Source of the DNA: Spirogloea muscicola
Lineage: Eukaryota
Direction of reading: 5' to 3'
DNA: 50,740 nt
Assembly: GCA_009602725.1 (NCBI GenBank)
Contig: WELB01000001.1
Coordinates: forward strand, 1,476,997-1,527,736
The notes beneath the pieces were generated by a model that was not told the DNA's origin, ran no database searches, and saw only the letters and a list, made by a program, of their open reading frames with translations. Shown piece after piece: positions 20,866 through 36,470 of the stretch. Within the stretch, counting starts at the first letter, position 1. Every line of letters starts with the position of its first letter. The position numbers and the translations under genes are program-made.

Positions 20866-22072
20866 GTGAACGGGCAGCGCTTCAGTGCAAGCCCGTGTTG
20901 CTGTGCGGACCTCGAGCCGCCGGTGATCCCCCCAGCTGGGCTGCAAGGCTGCAGCGCCGAGCTTGCCGCCCTCCTCTCCTCCAGGCCTGCGCACCAGGAG
21001 ATCCTGCTCGCCAGGCACCCGTCGGCCGGCGACCCCGTGTGCTTCTCCCCAAGGAGCGCCTCTGCCCCCCTTCCAAGCCTTGAGGGGCTGATGGTTCTCT
21101 TCCTCCTTCCCCTCCTGCTGTTCCGGGGACTTGGCCAGCGGCGACGCCGACGTTGTGGCCGCCGCAGAACCCAAGCTGGGCCGGGGCTGTCTGCAGCGCC
21201 CAGCTGGTAATTCGCTGCCTTTACTTGCTTGCGGCCAGAAGACGTCCAAGCCCAATTCACGTTGATAGAAGTTGTCAAGCTGTGAGCTGAGAGCCCCTCT
21301 TTAGATGGCTGGCTGCAGGCAGCCGAGCCCTTTTGGTTACCTGGACGCGCAGTTGGGCGCTTTGTCGCTGGCCCTGCCGCGCATCCCGGCAGCATCACCT
21401 TCCCACCTCAGCATCGAGCTGGAGCACGACGGCGTGCTGTGGGCGTCCAAGGTGCCTGGTGGTGGTGGCTGCAAGCGGATGAGCCCTGCCGGTGGCGCCA
21501 ACAGCAGCGTGCATATCATCTCGGCCGCTCTTGACGATCACACGCGCTTTGCGCTGTCCGCTTCCGATTTCGTCGGCGGTGGTGTCAGTAGCTACCTCCA
21601 CATTCGCGTACTGGGCTGGAGGTGCGTGCTAACAATCTCTCGTCCCTTTGAGCCAGAGGAATGCTGTGCTTCTCTTCACTTGCCACTCCAATTGATTCTT
21701 TATGCCCCGTAATGGTGCTGCAGTGGTCGGCGAGACGATCACAAGGTGGTGCTTGCAGAGGGCGTAGCGGCCATTCCGCAGCTGCAGGCAACACCTGCTG
21801 CACCCTCTACCACACAGCTGTGGTGTACGTTGCGGAGCCCGGCAGGCGAGGATGTTGGGCGGTTGCAGCTGGCTCTTGCTGCCAGACTTCCAGCAGGCAG
21901 CCACACCTTCCAGGTATGATGCCAAGCAATGGAGCTCGCAGGCATGGTGCGTGCGCTTTTGCTGGTCTGTCATCCGTTCTAAAGCTGCATCCAGGCCTGT
22001 GTGATGTAATTCTGATTTTTGTGTGCTCTTGCAGGCATCCGCGCAACCGGAAACGCCAGCCAAGGACAGTAA
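20866..22072 (+). CDS. Hypothetical spliced protein of unknown function, 5' end unresolved
   Basis: Candidate exons ...-21206, 21319-21621, 21759-21913 and 22035-22072 have GT-AG boundaries and phases (2,2,1) that keep one open frame. It includes a hydrophobic segment LMVLFLLPLLLF. No family recognised. Confidence 0.4.
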
Positions 22073-22874
22073 GAAAGCCTCCAAGTCCAACCAGCCCGCT
22101 GAGACATATGTTGTTTACTCGGCTGGTGAGGAGAAGCACCTCGCGGTGCCTGAGCATGCAGACCCCCAGCTGCAGCTGTAAGTTGCTCAGGTCGGATGCT
22201 ACTGGCCCTTAATTTAGACGTTCACAGAATGCGCTTGGAGAAAGGCAAACTCTTTCTCTAGACACTTGTGCTACTAGCCACCTGCGCACTGGCCTCAACC
22301 TTGAGCCCAGCCTGCGTTGTACCCACACCTAGATTTTAGCACTTAACTTAGCACCAAAATCGGGCTGAGTGTTAGCAGTTGCTTGCGGCGCTCTCACCAT
22401 CCGTCCCGAAGTGGCTTTTATTCGTGAATCGAACACATTGTCCCCCATACATAGCAGATTAAAGGCTTCTCTGCACAATCCTCATCTGCAGCCTTTTGTG
22501 GTCGCATCTGTACAGAAGACTTTGACATGGCAATATCTATGAGTACTCTTTTGGCCACTTGATAAAATTTGGGTTGCTGCATTGCGAATCTAGCCTTGCC
22601 AGGTAATCATGGTCCAACTTGTGCTGTAGATTGCGACATTCAAATTCCATTCACGATGAGAGGAGCGCCGTGCATCCCCTAGCTCTTACTTGGCTATTAC
22701 AGGCTGTGCAGCACATGAAAATCCATCAGCAGGTAATCACCAGCACAGACAGAATGTACTTTCCACAGAAACCATGAAGACAAGAATTTCCAGTATTCAC
22801 ATATTACGCTGTTGTGAGCTTGCATGTTGCACTGGTGCAAGGCTGCTCGGGTGGCAGCCAAGCCCATAGCAGCG

Positions 22875-24854
22875 TCAGCCATGTTGCCAGCTGAAGGCAC
22901 TTAGCGCCAGGTGGTATGTGCCAACAAGAGCCGCTGTGCCAGTGCCATGCTGTAGTGCCCGAAGTGCAGTGGCTCGCCAGGGTAGCATCCGGCTCTCAGC
23001 GACAGCTCGTAGGGCCCGTGCCCACCACGGGCCCCCTGCTGCTGGCAATCGCAGCAGCCTCCGCTCCATGGCAATGTGCTGGGTTCACACAACAGAACGG
23101 TGAAGGGTCCATGGCGAGTACTGCAGAAGAGTACTAGCTGCGGAAGACTTGCTACAGAAGGAGGCAAGCACAAAGAATTGCCCACAGTGCATCCTTGGCA
23201 GGCGTTTATAAGGTAAAGCAGTGATGCTGCCAAGCCTCGCACACGGAGGCCAGAGAAAGCAGCTGGACCTTGGGCACTACTGTGAGGTGGTTCCGAATGA
23301 CCGCAGCATCCAGGGGCGCTGTCGCGGTGGCAGCGGCGGCGGCAGCAAGGCCGGCCTCCGCTGTCATCTCCATGGGCGAGGGACCAACGAGTCTGCACAG
23401 GGCAGTGCAGGCACACATGGCAGCTCCTTCCTCAGCTGCTGCAAATGGGTTACGATGCTGCACACCACTGTATTCTGCCAAGGGCGTGTGATCAACTGCT
23501 TAACCCAGACCAATCACCCCCGATGCTTTAACTCCTGAGAGTTTAGTCCTGTACTCCCCAAGTGTTACTGTAATCTCATCCAGCTGTTTCTGGTTGTGGA
23601 GTGCTTACTTACATGGTGTCACGGGTGTTGTGTCGCAAAACCCTGAGCTCGCGTGCGCACTGCTCCAGGTAGGCCCAGCCGCCAAAGAAGACGCCGGCGT
23701 AGAGCGAGTCGTGGAGCGCTGTTGCAGGAAGGCCCCGAAACAGCCGCCCGAGGCCCTCGCCTTGCACGATGGTCGGCACCGCAACGGGCACCGTGTGCGT
23801 GCTGGCACGCCAGTTCAGACACGCTGGCACTGGCAGCGGCCCGGCAAGCTGACGCTGGACTGACGCTGTCGCCTGTGAGCGCAGGTGGGCAGCCATGTCG
23901 AGAAGGGACACCGACGGCTGCGGCGCGACCGGCCGCCCCACCGCAGGCTGCAGCTGCGCCCTGGCATGGAGCAGCCCCGCGGGAGTGGTCACGGCAGCCT
24001 CGGCGGCTCCGGCGAGCAGGCCCGCTAAGAAGGCCGTGCCGGCCATGCGCGGCGAGCCCTCCCTGCCATCTGCACCGAATTGAGCGCGGCTGCTGATATC
24101 AGAAGAGCGGCTGTAAAAGCCATCCAGGTGCACCTAGAGGAAGTTCATGGCTATATCAGCGGAGCCAGAGGAGACAGAGCAGAGTAGAGGCACACGTCTC
24201 AAGCGCCACACTGTTGCTGCATTCGATGGTCAGCGAACGCCCAATACTGCTGCCAGTGGTCATGGCAGGTGGGGTGCTGGCGATGGTGCTGGTCCTAAGA
24301 CGGGCCGCGGCAGGGCGCACCTTCTTGGAAGGACGCAGCGAGCTCGTAAGTGCCGTAGCGGAGCGCCAGCACGGGGCTGCGGGCGAGCAAGTGCAGCGCC
24401 ACGCCGCCGCCGCCGCCGCCGACATTGCCGCCGCCGCCGCCCCCCCTGTGCAGGCCTGGCGGGCCTGGCTATCAGGCCGGAACAATCCTGAGATGGGGGC
24501 CGCCTCCGTCGTCTCAGCGGCCCTTGCCGACGCCATTCCAGCCTTCACGGGGGCCGCTTACCAGCGACGCCCTCGGCGGCGGCAGCCATGGGGCTCGACG
24601 AGGAGGCGGAGGCGGCGGCGACCATGGGGGCCTGCGCTCGCCCATGGAGAAGCCGGCCTCACACATCGTCAGCGCATCGTCAGCCCGTCGGGCAAAGGCG
24701 GCGCCGGCTTCGCCGCCGGCGGCGAGCGAGCGCGACACCTGCAGAAGGCGCATGCGCAGGCCTTCCAGCGGGAGATGCGCTGCGGCCTCGGCGCCCGCGG
24801 CCAGCGCCGCCGCGGNCCGCCGCCGGCGGGGCGAGGGCCGGCGAGGCGCTCCAT
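22875..24854 (-). CDS. Mitochondrial carrier (SLC25) family protein, multi-exon, divergent
   Basis: Three carrier-like repeats: AAALAAGAEAAAHLPLEGLRMRLLQ...ARSPVLALRYGTYE; FLAGLLAGAAEAAVTTPAGLLHARAQ...EGLGRLFRGLPATALHDSLYAGVFFGGW; AGLAAAAAATATAPLDAAVIR. The N at 24815 obscures the start frame. Confidence 0.8.
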
Positions 24855-25079
24855 GGCCGCGCCTCGGGTCTCGGCTGTGAACTAAGCTCTGCAACTTAAC
24901 CCCAATGTCCTAGAGCGAGCGCGACAAGGGGGGGCCTTCGGAGCGCCGCCGCCGCCGCCGCCGCCGCCGCCGATGGAAGCGGCACGGGAAAGACCGAAGA
25001 CGGGAGGCGTCTAGTCGGAGGAAGCAGTCGGCGAGGCGGGCGTCGGACACGGCGGAGGTGGCCAGCTCGAGGCGTGGCG
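24855..25079. promoter_or_regulatory. Probable bidirectional promoter region with a (GCC)n tract
   Basis: Only ~225 bp separate the divergent start codons of the carrier and RRM genes. Confidence 0.4.
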
Positions 25080-28000
25080 ATGGCCAAGCGCAAGGCCGCC
25101 GGGAAGGGGCCCGCCAACGCCAAGAAGGGCAAGAAGAGCGCCGGTTCTGAAGGCGCCGCCGCCGCCGCCGCCGCTGCCGCCGTCGCCGAGGATGAGGCTG
25201 CCGTCGCTGCCGCCGCCATTGCCAGCAATGCCTTAGCCGCTGCCGTTGTCGACGGCGCTGCTGTCGACACCGTGGCCGACGCTGCCGTCAACGCCGCAAT
25301 CTACGCCGCCGCCGCCGACGCCGCCATTGCCGCTGCTGCCGCCGCGCTGGCAGCCGGGGGCACTGCCGCTGGCACAGACACTGTCGCCGGTGCTGCCAAA
25401 ATCGCTCCCAATGACTTCGTCGAGGCCGAGGCTACCACAGTACAGGAGATTGGACCGGAACCCGTCGGCATGGAAGTCGATGTGGCGGCCAGCAACATCG
25501 ATGGCGGCAAGGGTGGTACCGGCAACGGCAGCGGCCATGTCCTGCAGCGTGCGAGCGGAAACAGAGGCCCCATCGCCGAGACAGAGGTTGATGCTCTTGT
25601 ACAGTCGTGTGATGCCTCTGAAGCTGGTCAGGCTGCTGTCGAAGCGGCACTGGTGGCCGCCGGGGCTGCGACCGCGGCAGCCGAGGTTGCGGATGCGAAT
25701 GCCGAGGTCGCGCAGCCAGAGGTCAGCAAGGGCGCCGAAGGTGCTACTGCCGCAGAAGCCGACGGTGTCGTTGAGGTCGCTGCTGCCAGCTCCAACGAAG
25801 TAAATGGAGGCGTTCAGGGGGCAGTAAGTGGTGAGGCCGACGGCACCGCCAGAGAAGCAGGCGATGGCGTGAAGGCCGCCGGCAACTCTTGCAAGCTCTT
25901 TGTGGGACAGCTGCCAAGGGCCATGACTGGTGAGGCGGTGCGGGAGCTCTTCTCTGTGGCCGGCGATGTCACTGATGTGGCTATTATCCGGGACCGCGTG
26001 ACGCAGAAGCCCCGAGGTGAGAAAGGAGCGAGTCGACATGAACAAGAAGCGAGCGGCAACTTGTCTGCATGCGACCGCTGTGCTTGCTTGCGGTCAAGGA
26101 CGAGCTTGGCTCGCTCAATGTCTGAGCGGGACCAGCTGACTCTAGTTTGGAGCTGCCGCTGTATTTCTCTTCGCTCTGCTTGCAGGCTGCTGTTTTGTCA
26201 CGTTCAGTATGCCCGAGAACGCGGCCAGGGCCATTGAGCTGCTCCATGCCAAGCGCACGCTTCCGCCGGTGAGGTTATCTTCGCAAATGCTTTTCTATCT
26301 TGCAGGTCTCATCCCAAGATGAGAGAGACTGTGCATGCACATGCTCGTCAGCTGCAGCTCCGCTCCTGACAGCTGATCGAGTGGAGACATCGGCCATCGA
26401 GTCTGTCAAGATGCGAGACCCTGCGGCCCTTTGTGTCCCCCGTTTTGCGTTCATCAAGCAAGAGTGCTTGAGTTGGACTGACAGGACGCCGCAGGGCTTC
26501 CTTCTCATGTCTGCATGCCCAGCTGACAAGGCCCCTTCAAGTCAAGTATGCCAACACGCGTGCAACGCCTGGGCCGCACCCAGCAAGGGAGGACCACTTA
26601 CACATAAGCCGAGGTCAGCTCAATCTCGGTTTTACTCCTCGCTCCTGCAGGGGGTGGCAGTTACGGCGGTAGCCAGTGATGACCAGTTGGTGACTAGACT
26701 GCTCGTTGATGTGCACCACAGGGCAGCAGCGCCGCTTGTACCTCAGCAACTTGCCAGATGTGACCGGGCAGGATAAGCTGCAGGAGCTTCTGGCACAGTA
26801 CGGGGCAGTCAAGGACCTAGTCATCAAGAAGAGCCAAAAGGCTGGGCACCGCAGTGAGCTACACTGTAGCCAAGCCCGCCAAAACCTGTGCGCGTCTCTT
26901 TTAACTGTCAGAGCTTTCTTGACTGCCTACTTGCAAGATTCAGTATCATGGTTTCTAGGTGAAACCAAGAATTTTGATTTAGTGGCTTATAGCTATACAA
27001 GAGGCAGCTGATCACCCTGCGAGGGGGTTTGCGATCTGCTGCAGCATTTGCTTTAGTATCCTACTCAACAGAGGAGGAAGCACAGGCTGCCATTGATGGC
27101 CTCAACAGCAAGCACGTCTTTGAGGCAAGCGTTTACCTGGTTATCGTCCAGCATGATTTGCTTTGGGTTGTACTGCTGTGCGTTTTGGGCACACGGCAGA
27201 CTCGCTCTGCATTGCACACATATTCCTTACATTGCTTGTGGTATCACGTCTTCTTGGGCTCCCGCCGGACTGGACCAGGGAGCCGTGAAGCCCATGCTCG
27301 TGAGGCACGCCACAGAGGAAAGGGCGAGACGGCTGGACGAGGGGAGGGGCCTTGGCAGCAGCCCAGTAGCCAAGCAGCGGCCAGGCTATGATGGGTCCGG
27401 CGGCTGGCGGCCACAATTCCGGCCGCTGGGCACCCATCACCCCTCCCAGGTACAAGCAGTCTTGAGGAAGCTACTTGATCAGCCCTGGTGAGATGAAGCA
27501 ATAGCCATTTGGGATTTTCAGATCAGGATTTAGGGATGTAGGGACGTTTGAGTTCTGGGCACTTGAGTCGAAGACTTCGTGGATGGGCAACCGAGCAGGC
27601 CTCTCCCTCACCTCGCATGTGCTTCCTGTCATCGCCACTTTCCTTCATCAGAATAATAGCATGCTACCAAGTGCATCATACCCCAGCGTTGTACAGGCGT
27701 TGACGCTGGAGGGCGGCCCACTTCCAGCAGCTTGGGTGGTGGAGCACCTTCCAGATGGCACACCAGTCTTCTTCCCAGTGCACACCGCCGCCATCAACCC
27801 TCCAGCCTTTCCCCAATTTCCTCTTGCTCCTCTCGGCCCTGCTCCTTTTGTCTACGGAGCTCCCAAGGGTGCCTACGCTGGGCCACCGCCATTTCTGGCT
27901 CCTAACGAATTTATGCCAGAGCCACCTTCTTCAGATGGCTATGCAGCACAACGACCCCCAGCTGCGCCTCATGTGGAAGGTGAGCTTAAAGATAGAGTGC

Positions 28001-28827
28001 AGAGACTTCTAGCTTCTGCAGATGGCTGTATATCTTGTAGTTGTGTGCATTGCTATGGTTACTTGAGGTGCACAATGCTTGCGTATCTAGCTAACATACC
28101 TAGTGAAGCTCAGGAGATGGTATAGCTCTTGTGAGAGTTTTCAACCTGGCAGATGCTTGACTTGTGCTTCTCCTTTGTCTCAGTTACTCTGGCCATTAAG
28201 ACAATCATGCATGCTTTTCTTATGCTGTGGTTCACACTCTGTAACCACCCCCCATGCAGGCCCTGAAGGTGCCAACCTCTATGTAGCCCACATTCCTGCG
28301 GAGTTTGGAAATGAGGAGCTTAAGACGGCTTTTGGCGCGTTTGGCAAGGTCCTCAGCACAGAGGTGCTTGTTGACAGAGGCACAGGCGAGAGCAGGTGTT
28401 GTGGTAAGCTACAGGCCTTGTGATGCTCCTCACACAATTTTCGGTTGACCCCCGCGGGCTCAAACTTGATGGTCCTACACATACTGCCAATTGAGGAGGA
28501 ATTTCTAGCTGGAATAGTCAAGCTTGTGGCTATCACAACAGGTGTCTCTTGTGGTCCAAAATGGCTTAAAGATCTGAAATTCCTGGAGGTTTGGGGTTTT
28601 TGTTCCGTCTTTGAGTAAGGCTAGACAATGCCTCTGCAAATCAGCCTTGACAGGGTGCTTAGAGATGCTGTCAGATTCAATGTGCAGGCTTTGTAAGCTT
28701 CGACGCGGCTGGTCCTGCCAAGGCTGCTATCAGCGTCATGGATGGCTTTGAGCTCAACGGCAAGAAGCTGAAGGTGGCTCTGAAGCAGGAACATGAGCCA
28801 AAAGTGGTCGTCGCGATGGCGCACTGA
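25080..28827 (+). CDS. CELF/Bruno/FCA-like RNA-binding protein with three RRMs and a long Ala-rich N-terminus
   Basis: RRM1 KLFVGQLP...IIRDRVTQKPRG|CCFVTF; RRM2 RLYLSNLP...FALVSY; RRM3 GPEGANLYVAHIP...GESRCCG|FVSFD...MDGFELNGKKLKVALK, typical of CELF RRM3. Stop at 28825-28827. Confidence 0.88.
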
Positions 28828-29220
28828 CACTTGTGAGTGCTACTGGCGATTAGCCTGCCTAACTGCAGGCTCCACACAGCCTGGCAGCTCTGCTAATCAT
28901 TTATACCTGGATTGCGGGCTTCTGCTCGAGCATTGTGCAGACTAGCATTTAAAATCTACAACACAGTTCGCAGGGGCAAATAAGAGAAGCAACTTGTGCA
29001 ACTATAGATAATGCTATAATCTTGCGCGCCTGTGATAGAAGATGGATGATGTATCAAATTCCTGACGTCGACTGCCACGAGCATTACTTGAAGCCGGATC
29101 GGCGCAAATTCTTCAATCGCACGACCGTGAGTCTTGAACTAGATTATTTTTGCAAGTTCGAATAATTCCAAAAATATGACAGCTTGTGACATCTAGTCAC
29201 CAGAAGTCATGAAGTCAGTG

Positions 29221-30056
29221 TTACAAGGTCTTCTGGATCTTGGGAGGATGTCTCCGCAAGACGTCGGGCCAGAGCCTGGCCACCCACGCGGCGCTGCCAG
29301 CGATGGCAAGCCACGACATGGCCATCCAGCAGGCAGAGAGCCAGGGGGGGATGACGGCGTCCGCCTTGCCTGACATGTAGAAGCTCTGCAGAAACCACAC
29401 GCCGATAGGGCAGGCGACTAGCCTGACGAGCGTGTAGATGACCACGAAGGGGAGGGTGAGGGCCTCGTAGAGCGCGCGCGCACCACTCGAGCCGCGCGCG
29501 CTCGCCATCTTGGCGATCGTCCACACGTTCTGCAGCGGGTTGGTGACCTCGCCCAGGAACACGAGCGCCACCACCGACATGGCTCCATGGCCTGCACGAC
29601 ACTCGGCCAGAGAGGGAAGAGATGATGATGGCGGCCCCGCGGGATGGTAGCGGCGGCGCTCTGGCCACAGCATACTCGCTGTTCATTTGTTCTCGAAATG
29701 TGGATTGCAGGGGGGACGGACCTGTGTAGTAGCGGCAGGAGAGGAGGTAGGCGAGCGTCACGGCGTGATGGGCGATGAAGTGGAGGTCGTCGCGCGCGGC
29801 GGCGAGGAGGTGCGCCATGTCGGCCGCGAAGTAGGCGATGCTGAACTCCATGACTGCGCGCTCGTGGGCGCTGTTGGGCGCCGCCAGCGCCAGCGGCGAC
29901 GCCGCGAGGTGGCGCGCGCAGAGTGCCGAGGAGACGGCGCCGTGCAGCAGTGAGATGGCGCAGCTGGCCGCCTCGCACCGCTGCCGGCCGCGCCACGACC
30001 CGAACGGCCCCGCATACGCCGCGCCGTACGTCGCCGCGAACAGCGCCGCCGACGCC
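29221..30056 (-). CDS. TLC (TRAM/LAG1/CLN8) domain membrane protein, 5' end in the assembly gap
   Basis: ISLLHG, FSIAYFAAD, FIAHH, LGEVTNPLQN and YTLVR motifs with several TM helices. Intron 29592-29721. Confidence 0.88.
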
Positions 30057-30224
30057 NNNNNNNNNNNNNNNNNNNNNNNNNNNNNNNNNNNNNNNNNNNN
30101 NNNNNNNNNNNNNNNNNNNNNNNNNNNNNNNNNNNNNNNNNNNNNNNNNNNNNNNNNNNNNNNNNNNNNNNNNNNNNNNNNNNNNNNNNNNNNNNNNNNN
30201 NNNNNNNNNNNNNNNNNNNNNNNN
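30057..30224. other. Assembly gap
   Basis: Run of N. Confidence 1.
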
Positions 30225-31025
30225 AAAACAAAGCAGCTACTAACCACTCAGTAACCCCTGCTAAGCAGGCGCAGGTCGGAGAGGCTATGCTCCTGGAAGT
30301 ATGTCCCCTGGCCAGAGCCAGAGGCAGCAGCAAGGGCTCGGCCAGCACGCAGGTGCAGCGCACGGGCCATGGACCTCTGCAGCGAGACGGCCAGGCGCAT
30401 GCGATACACCTGGGCCAACGACCCGGCGGCGGGGAAGTCCACCGGCTCCCCATGGAAGCGGCGGGCAACGGCGTGACGAGCAAGTTGGTGGAGAGAGGAG
30501 CCCACAAGCAAGCCCTGCCTTTCCTCCAGACCTTCCTGAACCCTGAACCCTCGGCCAAGTGGACGGGGACACCTTCCGGCTCCCGTGAGCGCCAGCGTGG
30601 CCGGTGACGGTGGCCGCCCAGCAGGAAGCTGGCCATCGGAAACAGCGCTTCCATATTGACAGAAGCGGCTGTGAGAGGCCAGCCCAAAGGAATGGATGGA
30701 CAAGGTCTGCAAAGGCCGGATGGCGCAAAAAGCAAGATACTAATCCTTAAGAGCCAGCAGGGAGGCTCTCAGTGACCTCAAGTCAGTAAGTGCAAGTCGG
30801 AGTAGGCAAAGGGCGGAAAGACGTCGCCCTGACGGAATACAGAGGCAGCAGCCAAGGCACGGCCTGACCATTCACAGCCCCAAACCCCTTTGGAAGAGCT
30901 CACTCCTTGGCTACAACAAGACAACGGCTCTTCCAGATTGACAGCAATGACTGTGAGAGGCCGCCAGCCCAAAGACTTGGACAAGGTCTGGAAGGGCCGG
31001 ATGGCGCAAAAAGCAGGATACTAGT
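30225..31025 (-). mobile_element. Second head-to-tail cluster of RLE-LINE 3' ends
   Basis: Minus strand: motif X (31025-30950); A-type end GRALAAASVFRQGDVFPPFAYSDLHLLT*GH* (30870-30769); motif X (30740-30665); C-type end ...AQVYRMRLAVSLQRSMARALHLRAGRALAAASG...SLSDLRLLSRGY* (stop 30248). Confidence 0.82.
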
Positions 31026-31599
31026 CTCTACAGCGCCACCGTCACCCCAAAGACCTCAAAACACCGAAGGCACCCATGGATTCGGGCTCCACACTGCATC
31101 CTCTGGCTGTTGGCCACTCCTGGCAAAACTCCGCAGGCTCCGAGCTCTCGCTTGTGCTGCAGCTTCGAGGCTGCAGAGCGCTTGCTGCAGCGACCTGCCC
31201 ACAGAGCAGCCTTGGGAAGGCGCCTGCAATGCCGGGTGGCCTTCGGCAGCAGGGGCAGGTCAGCCAGGGCTGCCAAAGCATGGAGCTTCAGCCAACGAGC
31301 GCTATGTAGCCTCTGCCAACCCAACATCTCAATGACTCCAAGGCTAAGGGCACTAAGCTGCTGCGAAAAAGGAGGGTTGAGGTCTGCAAAGAGGACTCCT
31401 GCGCATAGCTAGCTTGAGGGCATGCTGCTAATGCAGCTTGAGTATACTGGAGCTCTAGCTCTGACGTTTGCAGGAATGGAGCAAATGCCTGACGGTCGTG
31501 ACAGTAGTGAAGCAGGCGATAAGAGCGGGATCGCCAAAGCAGTTGGGTACTGCTGCAGGATTGGCAAGTGCAGTAATGACACGGGCACCAGCACCAGCG

Positions 31600-35130
<3,531 letters not shown>

Positions 35131-35310
35131 CCAATGAATCCGGGTTTCTGGAGTAATAACCGCTTGCCTTTGTCTGCATATTGAGGGCTGAGATCCCTCA
35201 ATCAGCGAGCCAAGGGCGGGCAGCTCAAGCAGTTAGGGGTCAAGGCTTGGATTTCCTGATGTGCTTTGGCTAATCATGAGTGTAAACCGGCCGGGCGATG
35301 CGGAGCTCAC

Positions 35311-35581
35311 CGGCGACGCGCGAGAAGCGGTGGGAGCGTCGGACGTGCTCCACGAACGTGCGCTCGAACTCCTCGGTGTACCCGTCGACGACGCGCTCCG
35401 GCGCCTGGCCGAACACCTGCATCTGCCGCTGGTGGCCCTCGGACATGCAGTGGCACTTGAACCCGTTCTCATCGCGGCACTGCTTCTGGCACATCTGGCA
35501 GTACCACCGCAGCTTCTGCAGCCCCTTGGTCTTGATGCGGTTCGCAATCGCCTTGGGTGTCAGGAACTCGTTCTTGCCCAT
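35311..35581 (-). CDS. KIN17: KIN17 DNA/RNA-binding protein, first exon only
   Basis: MGKNEFLTPKAIANRIKTKGLQKLRWYCQMCQKQCRDENGFKCHCMSEGHQRQM is the conserved KIN17 zinc-finger N-terminus. It ends at a G|GTGAGC donor and no further KIN17 exons are visible. Confidence 0.93.
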
Positions 35582-35889
35582 GGCGCCGCCGCCGCCGCCG
35601 CTGCCGCCGCCGCCGCCGCAGCGGGCGGGCGCGGCGCCGAGCGTGGAGAAAAAGCGAACAGGGGGTGTAGGGGATGAGGGAGGCCCGGGCCACCTCCGCC
35701 CTGCCCTCCCTCCCTCATCCCATACGTGGGTCCCATTCACACTTGTCTAGTCATGTGCCCCACCACCGTCTCGTGTCAGATCTTGTGTCACGGCGCTGGT
35801 GGCTGTGCATGACGAGCCCAGACGACGACTTGAAGCACACGCTGTCTTGTCTTACATTGACTCCAGCCACCACATTGCTTCCTTCTTGA

Positions 35890-36470
35890 TGTCACCTTAG
35901 GCACCTTGATTTCGTTTTCCGTATTATGTAGCCCTGTTTAGTTTGCCCTAGACTCTGCCTGAACAATGTATTGGCTTGAATTGGCCTCCAATTTACTCAT
36001 GCGCCCCGCGCGCCTTCCCTTCTTGAGGTCGTGTCGGTAGTAGGATGTGATGCGGGACCGACATTGTGTTTCACTACTGGGCCAACTCCCGATGCCGCCA
36101 CACGTCTACCAAAATGCTAGGTTGTCAGATTCAGTACATCGCTCATTCTTATTCATTCTTTTCTGGCCTGGCTTTTCATAGCCCTCGCCCCATTTCGAAG
36201 ACCTGCTTCTTCTTGCAAAGAAGGCACCGAGTATTAGAAAGAAATTTAGTCCAAATGGCCAGGTACAAAGGCAAGCACATCTAAAAATCTACATAACCTA
36301 CAGCAGATTGACCCGCTCAATAACCACGGGTCAAAACATAAAGGTCACTACTCGATGCATGAATACTAGATGCCAGGAACGGAGCCCTTCTGCCACCTAC
36401 TAGAGCTCGCCCAGCTTTCTGGTGCAAGGCACTAGCCTGAAAATGCTCGCGGTGCTGATTTCGCCTTGTG
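35890..36470. mobile_element. Third cluster of RLE-LINE remnants
   Basis: Motif Y (+, 35890-36020), motif X (+, 36145-36200) and a B-type end on the minus strand (SSIHASSSDLYVLTRGY*, stop 36317-36319, motif Z 36250-36280). Confidence 0.8.

Noticed and set aside
25233..26045. Long antisense and alternate-frame ORFs over GC-rich exons, here and elsewhere
   Set aside because: They are shadow ORFs expected from GC-rich codon usage and (GCC)n tracts.
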